In this document: piece by piece, positions 28,046-37,000 of the stretch
Position numbering within the stretch: the first letter of the stretch is position 1
Layout of the letters: the number at the start of each line of letters is the position of its first letter
The notes under the pieces: model-generated
Databases searched by the model: none
What the model was told of the DNA's origin: nothing
The model's input: only the letters and a program-made list of their open reading frames with translations
Source: a virus
Taxonomy: Duplodnaviria; Caudoviricetes
Virus record (IMG/VR): IMGVR_UViG_3300011008_000040
Location: 8,738-72,737 of that record
Strand: one strand, 5' to 3'
Length of the DNA stretch: 64,000 nt
Made by a program: the position numbers and the translations under genes

Positions 28046-28477
28046 TTAATATTTCTCCAGTGTCTCTATTGAACCTATTTCATTATTTAAATAACCATTA
28101 CCTTCAAGATCTTCATGGTAAACCTGCCACATCCGTTTCAAAGACTTATACTCTTCCTCACGTATACGTCCTTCAGATTCATACTTCTTACACAAGAATT
28201 TAATTCGATCATAAAGGATTTCCCTTAAACCAGCTTGGAGCGCAACTGTTCGTGTATTACTCCCCTGTGTTTCAGCATCCAATTCCTTAGAAAGCTTCTC
28301 GACCTTCTTACTAAGCTCAACGAGCTCATTTGCAATTTTATCAATTTTATCTTCCATTGTGTCTTTAGTCTCGTCAGCTTTATCCTGTTTCTCCCATTTG
28401 CGTTTCAAATATAAAGCGCCAATGGTGGCACAGGCAGTGACGAGTGCAGACCCAATAATTTTTAGTATTTCAATCAC
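28046..28477 (-). CDS. Lysis-module membrane protein (holin-like)
   Basis: N-terminal transmembrane helix, coiled coil, LYDRI...LEGNG; GTG start with GGAGG RBS. Confidence 0.6.
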   Translation of the reverse strand: MIEILKIIGSALVTACATIGALYLKRKWEKQDKADETKDTMEDKIDKIANELVELSKKVEKLSKELDAETQGSNTRTVALQAGLREILYDRIKFLCKKYESEGRIREEEYKSLKRMWQVYHEDLEGNGYLNNEIGSIETLEKY

Positions 28478-28766
28478 TTTACGACCTCCTGTTCTTGCTT
28501 ATCTGCGTGTAAAGTAATTCGTTTTTCAGTTTGCGGATGAAGCTTTGGCCCATGCTCGCAACACCAACACAGTTCTTTTCCCGGAGGAACTGAATCCCCG
28601 CATATCTTACATTTAGGAAGAACCAAAACCTTTATTTCCTTTTCTATCACTTGTACTTACCAAAAATGTTTAAAATATCCCTCTTTCACTAATTTAGGGA
28701 AAACCAACATACAGACGACGATGAAATATGCTAAATTCTCTTCAAGATATAAATCAGGAGAGAATC

Positions 28767-29762
28767 ATGTACGAACAGTTACGAAATGAACTTATGGCTA
28801 GGTTAGCTGCAACTTTTCCAACTGACGATATTCAAATGATGCTTTCTACTCTCGACAGAGTTATGCTTGACTATGATGTTCAAAAGAAAGAAACAGCCAT
28901 TCAAGTCTATGACGCTTCGATCTACAATTCAATGAAGCTTTACCTTCTTTGCAAGAAAGCTGCCGGATTAAAAGAAGAAAGCTTACTAAATCTTAAATAC
29001 ACATTAAAACGATTTGCCGATAGTATGGGAAAAGCGCTAACTGAAATATCAACTAACGACATACGAGGGTATCTATTTTATTATCAACAAAGGAATAACA
29101 CATCTCCTGCTACATTGGAGAAAATTAGAGAGCGCCTGAACACTTACTTTCAATGGTGCCAAGAAGAAGGACTAATCACAATTAATCCGGCTGCACGTGT
29201 ATCTAAAATTAAAGTTCCGAGATCTGAACGAAGAGCATTAACTGCTGAAGAGCTTGAATACTGTAGAAATCAATGCAAAACTTTAAGGGAAAAGGCGCTA
29301 TTTGAAGTCTTGTATTCTACTGGCGCTCGAGTAGCTGAAATATCAAACTGCAATTTAACTGACATCGACTGGTCGCATGGAAGCATACGTGTATTTGGAA
29401 AGAACTCTGAATACTATACCGTTTACTTAAATGCAAAAGCTAAGGTTTCTCTTAAACGATATCTAAAAACCAGGGACGACAATTGTCCTGCTCTATTTAT
29501 TACTACAAGGAAACCTGCAAGGAGACTATCTACTCGTGGAATTCGCAATGAAATAGAAGCTATAGGTAAACGAGCAGAAATAGATGTGGTAGTTTCTCCA
29601 CATGTAATGCGTCATACAATGGCTACAATGGCTCTACAGCACGGATCGTCATTAGAAATAGTGCAGCATTTACTGAATCACAAATCTCCATCAACAACAC
29701 AAATATATGCGGAAATGGATCGAACAGAGATTGCTGCAGCGCATAAAAGAGCTGTAATATAG
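28767..29762 (+). CDS. Second tyrosine recombinase (XerC/D-like)
   Basis: GARVAE, HVMRH, LNH, Y; start moved to MYEQ with AGGAG RBS. Confidence 0.9.
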   Translation: MYEQLRNELMARLAATFPTDDIQMMLSTLDRVMLDYDVQKKETAIQVYDASIYNSMKLYLLCKKAAGLKEESLLNLKYTLKRFADSMGKALTEISTNDIRGYLFYYQQRNNTSPATLEKIRERLNTYFQWCQEEGLITINPAARVSKIKVPRSERRALTAEELEYCRNQCKTLREKALFEVLYSTGARVAEISNCNLTDIDWSHGSIRVFGKNSEYYTVYLNAKAKVSLKRYLKTRDDNCPALFITTRKPARRLSTRGIRNEIEAIGKRAEIDVVVSPHVMRHTMATMALQHGSSLEIVQHLLNHKSPSTTQIYAEMDRTEIAAAHKRAVI

Positions 29763-29780
29763 CAAATATCAAGACATTTT

Positions 29781-29814
29781 AAGAGCTGCCCCTGGTTAAG
29801 AGACAGCTCTTTTT
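29781..29814 (+). terminator. Rho-independent terminator, probably bidirectional
   Basis: AAGAGCTG...CAGCTCTT-TTT. Confidence 0.75.
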
Positions 29815-29980
29815 ATGCCTTAGAAACGGTTCTTTTTACTACCCAATCGCTTCAAATTGTGAAATAGTTGTACAGGAAGGTAAAATCCCTATTACATCGT
29901 TCCGATTTGCACATAACTTGATACGCTTCGCATTATGCACCGAAAACCCATGCTTGCTTCAGATTGTGATTTAAATTGTG

Positions 29981-31597
29981 CTATGCCATTGTCAATGTGA
30001 TTCCTGTTGTGGTGCTATCATCAAGGAATGGCGAACCAATTCTTACACTTTTCAGTACACCAGCACCATAGTCAGCAACCATCAGGTCAAATGTTGGAGT
30101 GGTTACTCCACTCAAATGTTTGAGGTTAGCGGTAATAACCATTGGAATAGGTGTTGTTGCATCACTTTCCCAAATTTTATCATTATGACTATGGCCACCT
30201 ATCATGTATCTAACTTTGCCTGTTGCACTTGTAAAATCGTAGGAAATTGAGTTAAGAGTAATAGTTGTGTGGTTGTTATATGCATCGCACAGTAACTGTG
30301 CATTCTCGATTAAAGATGGAATGATATAACCGCCACTTGTTGACACCCACAAAATCTGTGCCCACCTATCTGCAACCGTCATTCCGTTGCTATGGTCTGT
30401 TCCAGAATCAAGCACAAAATAAGTTGCCTGCGGTGTGTTAAATGCGTAATATGCTTTTCCTTCCTGTTGGAACATAAGGTTTACAATCTGATTTTGCGTT
30501 AGTGTAACAGTTCCCTGTTCGTTGTTGTCATGGTTTCCAAAAACAGGATAATAAGGGAAGAAGTCCTTTTTCATTCTTCCATCGCATAACCCAAGTTTGT
30601 AGGCAACAGTTGTGTCACTTTCTTTAGCTGTTAACCAATCTCCACCGCATAATGTGAAACTTGTAGGAGTAAGTAGATATGTTCTATGCAGACATTCAAT
30701 ATAATCTCTATACTGTGTTTCCCATGTATTTGTATCGTTTAATACATGTGGGTCGGTGAACCAAAGAAACGCATCGCTTTTACCTGTTGCAGATACAAGT
30801 AGATTAGTGAACGGTCTTACATATTGCGATGCATTAAAATTTTCCACATAGTTGCTTTGGTAAAATAGATTATCAAAGTTATCTATTTCGTTTTCTGCAT
30901 CTGTCACCCTTGTATCAATATCCCCGAGTTTACTATTTGCGGATGTTGGATATTTTAAAGTAAAATCAGTACCATTAGTAGTAAAGACATAGTTTGTTCC
31001 TACTATTGAAGTTAAATTGGCAATACTTGCTGGGTATGAAATTACAGTGCGGCTTGGTGCTACTACACTCGTGTCTTCAGAAACGAACTCAACTTGAACT
31101 TGTACTTTATAGTTTGTATATTCGCCTCTTGCTATTCCAATTTCAAATGTTTTACTACCCGCTGTTCCATTTATGAAAGTTGTTGATTTCGTTTCGTTAG
31201 CTACGGTCATATACGAACTCATCAAGCCTGATGCAACACGAACACGAATTGGGGCATAACTACCCGTTGGTGTTACTGAACCATCTAAAACTGCTACAGT
31301 TAAGCGAAAAGAGCCCTTTGGTAGGTATGTTGTGTTTGCAATGATGCTTTGCATCCACCCCTCACTCGTTTTTGTGCCGTTGCAAATTATAGTATTGTCT
31401 GTATAGGACTTAATGGAGCATCCATGATATGTGCCAGAACTGTTTTTAAAACTCAAAAAGTTTTTGTTGCATCTTACAATGGTTAATGATTCTTCTTCTG
31501 TTGTAAAATCTGTGATTGCATCTGCAATATCAGTATTAAACTTTACAACTCCGTTTGTGCTATATGTTGGTTGGTTATATACGAATCCATATTTCAT
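29981..31597 (-). CDS. Tail fibre/spike C-terminal part with calcineurin-like metallophosphoesterase domain
   Basis: TDPH, GGD, GNHD, GGHSH motifs; beta-rich N-terminal half. Confidence 0.65.
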   Translation of the reverse strand: MKYGFVYNQPTYSTNGVVKFNTDIADAITDFTTEEESLTIVRCNKNFLSFKNSSGTYHGCSIKSYTDNTIICNGTKTSEGWMQSIIANTTYLPKGSFRLTVAVLDGSVTPTGSYAPIRVRVASGLMSSYMTVANETKSTTFINGTAGSKTFEIGIARGEYTNYKVQVQVEFVSEDTSVVAPSRTVISYPASIANLTSIVGTNYVFTTNGTDFTLKYPTSANSKLGDIDTRVTDAENEIDNFDNLFYQSNYVENFNASQYVRPFTNLLVSATGKSDAFLWFTDPHVLNDTNTWETQYRDYIECLHRTYLLTPTSFTLCGGDWLTAKESDTTVAYKLGLCDGRMKKDFFPYYPVFGNHDNNEQGTVTLTQNQIVNLMFQQEGKAYYAFNTPQATYFVLDSGTDHSNGMTVADRWAQILWVSTSGGYIIPSLIENAQLLCDAYNNHTTITLNSISYDFTSATGKVRYMIGGHSHNDKIWESDATTPIPMVITANLKHLSGVTTPTFDLMVADYGAGVLKSVRIGSPFLDDSTTTGITLTMA

Positions 31598-32054
31598 TTA
31601 TTGCTGTCTTTAACTCATCAATCTTCTCGGATTGGGTAGCAAGAGCAGCGCCAACAGAACCAGATCCATAAGTAGTTGAGCTATCATACTCAACATCTCC
31701 AGCATCCAAGCCATCGATGTCTGAACTCAGTTCACTAATTGCTTCACCGACAGATCCGGAAGTATGCGTTGCAGATCCATCGTATGAAATATCTTCGGCG
31801 GTCAATCCCTGAAGATCATCCATTGTGGGAATCACAACATCTTCTTCACTTGGGTCGACCCAGATATGGTTTCGCTCGGTTATAGGTTCGGTGTCCGAAA
31901 CGATTACAAAGTTCTCTACAGACTCATTATAAACCCAATCTTTTACTGTTTTACCTTTTGCTTTTTTGGCCGTCTCGCCCTGCTGAAGAACCAATAAGTC
32001 ATTGTCCTCTATCGCAACGGCTTCGACCAGTTCACTAATTTGTCTATCAGCCAT
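31575..32054 (-). CDS. Tail fibre N-terminal part
   Basis: MADRQISELVEA..., two DxxYDxS repeats, ends IDELKTAI; overlaps the next ORF out of frame. Confidence 0.65.
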   Translation of the reverse strand: MADRQISELVEAVAIEDNDLLVLQQGETAKKAKGKTVKDWVYNESVENFVIVSDTEPITERNHIWVDPSEEDVVIPTMDDLQGLTAEDISYDGSATHTSGSVGEAISELSSDIDGLDAGDVEYDSSTTYGSGSVGAALATQSEKIDELKTAINEIWIRI

Positions 32055-32095
32055 AATTATTACTCTCCCATTTTGAATTTTTCACTGAACTGAGC

Positions 32096-32317
32096 TTACT
32101 CCTCATCATTCTTACTCTTATTGTACTCAGCAGTACTGATACCAAGAAGAGCGCCAAGGAGAGTGCAAACAACTGCAGAGGTTTTAGCAACCTCAGTAGC
32201 AAACGGCCAACCCCAAATAGCTGCGAGGCCAACATAAGCAGTAGTGAGGGCGGGCAGGCAAATCATTACGACCCATTTAAGAATGTCGTACCAAGCATTC
32301 GGAAGTTTCATTTTCAA
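32096..32317 (-). CDS. Holin (Dp-1-like)
   Basis: YDILKWVVMICLPAL...LLGALLGIS; two transmembrane helices; adjacent to the endolysin. Confidence 0.85.
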   Translation of the reverse strand: MKMKLPNAWYDILKWVVMICLPALTTAYVGLAAIWGWPFATEVAKTSAVVCTLLGALLGISTAEYNKSKNDEE

Positions 32318-32328
32318 TTATCTCCTTA

Positions 32329-33048
32329 TTATTTAATAATAGTTATGGCAACTTCCCAATCATCTCGATTAGCAATGCCATCGACCTCTAAATTGTTCAT
32401 GTATTGAAATGTAGTAGTCGCATCAAGCGTATTATGCCAGAATTCTCCATCGGCTCCATCAGGTCCAACACTAATTCCCCAACAAAGCATTAAAGCCTGC
32501 CAAAGTCTAACTTTGTCTGATGGATTTTTCAGTCCATCTCCTAAAGCTACTTCATAAGCAAACTTATCCTCGGCCGGTTCATCATCGTCACTTGGAGTAT
32601 CGTCCTCTTCCTGCTCAGGCCATCTAAGAACACAATCCCAAGGGTAATTCCAATAACCCTGAACACGAATCTCATTCCCTGACTGATCTCCTGGAATACT
32701 ATTGCCTTCAGAAGATCTAGCATGAACAACCTGATGATTTCCTACATACATTGCAGTATGGTTTAATTCATTGAGAAGAATATCTCCCCTCTTCAAACCA
32801 TCACCATTATAAAGATTCACACTATTAGTAACGTTTTCAAATCCACAAGCTAAGAATACAGGTTTCATATTACCTGTATACGATGCTCCTCTGGATCTAA
32901 CAGGAACTCCGGCCCGCTCCCATGCAGTAATAACAAGCGAACTGCAATCGTAGTCCGGACCCCAACGATTTTGCTGAGAATATCCATGGCTATTATCAGC
33001 AGCAATGTTCTCCATAAAAGCCGTTGCTGCTTCTGCTCTAGATTTCAT
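32329..33048 (-). CDS. Endolysin (NlpC/P60-type peptidase + peptidoglycan-binding domain)
   Basis: GYSQ..RWGPDYDCSS, HTAMYVG; C-terminal DGEF..T..A...FQ...L.VDG. Confidence 0.85.
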   Translation of the reverse strand: MKSRAEAATAFMENIAADNSHGYSQQNRWGPDYDCSSLVITAWERAGVPVRSRGASYTGNMKPVFLACGFENVTNSVNLYNGDGLKRGDILLNELNHTAMYVGNHQVVHARSSEGNSIPGDQSGNEIRVQGYWNYPWDCVLRWPEQEEDDTPSDDDEPAEDKFAYEVALGDGLKNPSDKVRLWQALMLCWGISVGPDGADGEFWHNTLDATTTFQYMNNLEVDGIANRDDWEVAITIIK

Positions 33049-33254
33049 TTTGCATGCTCCCCATCGAGAGGTCCACCGATCAGCACTGCCATTTTCTCTG
33101 CTTCACAATCTCTGCAAAGATTGCCAGGATCATGTTTACCTCTGGAGACATACTCCCTTCCGCAAACAGCGCATGTAAATTTTTCGGCATGATCTTCGGC
33201 AAATATAATAATTTTTGCAGCCTGATAAAGCTGCCTTGCTTTATTGCTTATCAT
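33045..33254 (-). CDS. Small Zn-finger protein
   Basis: CAVC...CRDC. Confidence 0.55.
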   Translation of the reverse strand: MISNKARQLYQAAKIIIFAEDHAEKFTCAVCGREYVSRGKHDPGNLCRDCEAEKMAVLIGGPLDGEHAK

Positions 33255-33259
33255 TTCAT

Positions 33260-34003
33260 TTACCTCTCTTTGTGATTATCTGTAACAATAATTCTATCTC
33301 CACCAAACAAAATGCTGTCATAGTCTTCATTAGCAAGATAATACTGAATCGGATTTTCGATCATGTTCTGAATTTCTTCAGGAAGCAATAATGTTGGCGG
33401 CGTATCGTCGGTTCCATACAACGTATTCTCAAGGTCATTTAAAACTTCTTGAGTCAATAACGTGCTATCTATAGTTACTAATGAAACTGGCCTATACTGA
33501 CCTATTTTTATAGGTAGTGTGGTCAATTCCCAAGAAAAACTAATCGGCTCAGGAGCATCATTTATAATCTTATAAACACGCTGCTGAGCCGATGCTTTAC
33601 ATCCATAAAGAATATGGATTTTATACCCGAAATCATTACCTTTAAGGCTGTTTCCGAATACGGTTCTATAACAAAAAGCAAATGAGCGCCTTGACTGCTG
33701 TATAATTCTAGCTCCATCGGCTATATCAGCAACGCCAAAGCACTCATTAAACTCATCGGGAGAAGAGTAGGCTTCGATTGTTGCCTCCAACTCCTCCCGA
33801 GAATATAGATTTAAGTATTTTTTATCATCAGCATAGATACTGGATGCTTCTCCGCCAACTGATCGCTCAGTTACACCGATAAGGCCATTCCATGCTACGC
33901 CAGATCTGTATGTTCCATCATTATTTTGGACATACAGCACGCCTCGTCTGACACCCGTTTCAAAGTATCGTTTCTCGGCTTCATCCCAAGTTAATCTTGC
34001 CAC
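33260..34003 (-). CDS. Major tail protein paralogue 3
   Basis: ARLTWD...ETGVRRGVLY...AWNGL, as in 45854..47365; GTG start. Confidence 0.75.
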   Translation of the reverse strand: MARLTWDEAEKRYFETGVRRGVLYVQNNDGTYRSGVAWNGLIGVTERSVGGEASSIYADDKKYLNLYSREELEATIEAYSSPDEFNECFGVADIADGARIIQQSRRSFAFCYRTVFGNSLKGNDFGYKIHILYGCKASAQQRVYKIINDAPEPISFSWELTTLPIKIGQYRPVSLVTIDSTLLTQEVLNDLENTLYGTDDTPPTLLLPEEIQNMIENPIQYYLANEDYDSILFGGDRIIVTDNHKER

Positions 34004-34039
34004 TGTCGGATGCCATCCTTTCCACTACCATTTTGAATT

Positions 34040-37000
34040 TTAGCCATAAAGAATTAAATCTTCAATCCAAATTTCAGTTGCTGCCGAAGGATTTGTTACA
34101 ACGGACTCTACTCCTATAGTATAATTCCCTGTAAAATTAGATACATCCAACTCATATATAGCATAATCTGTTGTAAGGCTTAAGAGTTTTGCATCTCCTG
34201 TCGTATAACCCACTGTTTCTCTTGCATACAAATAAAGCATCCCATTTCCTGATCCAACATTCGGATAGTGTGCTTCGGCAGAAGTTGGTTTCTTAGCCTT
34301 TATCTGAATAATAGAATAATTTGTAAGATCGATCTGAGTATTTACTTTGAATCCACCATAATACACCAACTGAGTTGATATTACACTATTCCATTTCTGC
34401 CCCCAAACACCAGCATTCGTTTCTGATACGAACCCACCGGAAAATGGTACTTGTGTGCCACTACCCATAATGTTAAGGTATTGTTCATTAGTAGTATTCA
34501 CAGAGTATGGGTATTGCCCAACGCCATCAATGAAAACATCTAGATGTGTAGTCCAAGCGATCTCAACCTCTACCACATTACTATATGCAGAATCTGTGTA
34601 ATAAATTCCATCGCCAATAGCTTTAAGTCTATATTGGTAGGTTCTACCTCCAATCAATCCGACATTAGTATATGACACTGCCATAGAAGACAGCTGATCA
34701 GACACAACGGTGTACTCAGAATCAGTGCTTAATTTACGCTCAAGTTTGTAACTAGACGCATTAGCAACAAGATCCCAAGTTAATTCAACTGCTTTAGAAC
34801 CGCTGACGGTTGTTTCGACGCCAGACATAACTGGAGTTGCAAGCTGTTGCGCAACTGGCTGTTCTATCTCAATAGAATCATCCATTGGAACAGAATCACG
34901 AAATGTGACATAATCTCCAAGAGCAGTAATCTGATAGTCATATTCGGCGCCCCAAGTAAGATTAGCATCACTATAACTAGTAGCAGGACCAGAATAAATA
35001 GTAGACCACACAGTATCAGATGCTAATTTTCGCTCGAGTTTATACCCTATCGCATTTGAATTTGTTCCCCATGATGCAGTAACAGTGTTCACGTCTGTAA
35101 CCTGAGCAAGAGTAATACTCACAGGATTAAGCCAAATCAATCCAGCATATGGATCTGGCACTTCAAATACAGTTATTTCACTATAGTCAGAGCTAAATAC
35201 ATTAATCTCATTACCTATAGCTTTCATACGATAGTCATATGTCACCCCATAGGTAGTTCCCGTATCAACATACTGCCTTGTGGCCGAAGAAACCTGAATT
35301 CTTGTCCAATCTGCTCCGGCATCATAGCTTACTTTTCTTTCGATGTAGTAAGACTGAGCACCAGAAACAAAACTCCAAGAAATTTGAACACTACCTGCAA
35401 ATCTGTCAGCAACTGAAAGCTCAAACACAGGAGGAGCCAAAGTAATAATATCGCCATTCATAGCTATTACTGTTACGGCATTGCTTAATTCAGAATCGCC
35501 ATAATTAGCATTATTACCTAATGCCGTCAAACGATACGAATACTCTGACAAGTATTCAGTTGTCATGTCAATATATGACGTTGTTTCCGGAGAAAGGCTA
35601 GCCTCTAAAATATCATAAAGACCATCGCCTTTCTTTCTTTCCAACATGTATCCTTCAGCATGAGGAACTGCTTCCCAGTTTAACTCAATAAAGGCAAGCG
35701 GATCATAAATATAAGTACTTGTCAGAACTGGGGGTTCGCACCTACCACCTGCATTACCGTTTTCTATTAGAACAAGAAAACCTCCTGGAGGACCATCGTA
35801 GTATCCAGTTTCAGCAACAGGAAACATTAAATAAATATATGTTTCTCCTGCAACTGCAGATGTGTCTGTGAAAGTTAAAGCCGACGAATTATAAACTGTA
35901 ACATAAGATGACTGCGGCTCAGCCTCTAATTTGCGAAGGATTTTATAGCTTGCAGCATGATCTACTTCAGACCAAGTAAATATAACTGAGCCGTTTTCGA
36001 CTACAAAATCTGCAGTCTCAAACCATTTAAGCGCCGTTTCTGGCTCTTCATACACAATTATATGACTATCAGATGTTTCATAGTTTTCAGCAGTATTATA
36101 AGCTCTAAAATCATATGTTGTTCTACTAGATGTAAGTTTTGCATTATGCAGAGTTCCATATTTTGTTGTTTCAGTGCGACCAGCTAAAGCACTAAAGCCA
36201 AATGATGACCACCATGATCTATCATGTCGACGATACTCAAAATATGTCGTTTCAGCTCTGGAATCTCCATAAATAAACCATAAAATAGTATAACTATATC
36301 CTCCATACACATATGGAGCAGGGTCATATATAAATGGAGCGAACAATTTGTTCGACACTTCTGGCATAATTGCTGAAACAACATTGCTAAACTGAGATGA
36401 TAACTTGTCCGGACCACTCACAAATAACCGATAGTCAAATTCTTTTCCAATCGATGCTGTGCTTACACTATCAAGTGCGCCCATTCTGCTTGCTTGACTT
36501 TTTACCAAACTATACCACTGAGGATTTTCAGGTTTTCTTACTTCAAAGTTTTCATACGCTGTTGCTGCAGTTACAGGCTTTGAAATATCAGTAAGAAGGT
36601 ATATTTTAGCAGCATCTCCACTATAAATAGGAAATGCTCCTTTAATTGGATTAACAGGATAATAGTCTAATCCGAATCCGACAACAACCTCATTGGACCG
36701 CTCAGATTCACCATGATCTTCATCACCGTACGTTCTGATACGATACAAATATGTCGCATTCTTTTTTGGCGGATAGGCAGATTGAGTTCCATCATCAGTA
36801 AAGGTATACTCATCATCTCCACTAGGAACATCAAAATATCCTCTGGGCTCCCAGATGCCAAGCATTTTATTGTTGCTAAATTCCAAATATGCGGCTCCAC
36901 CATCATCGCCAGGAGTTGAACTTCCTGCTGGACCAGCCGATAGAATTTTACGCTCTATGTAATATCGATATCCTTCAACAAGATTTTGAGCCAAAACACT

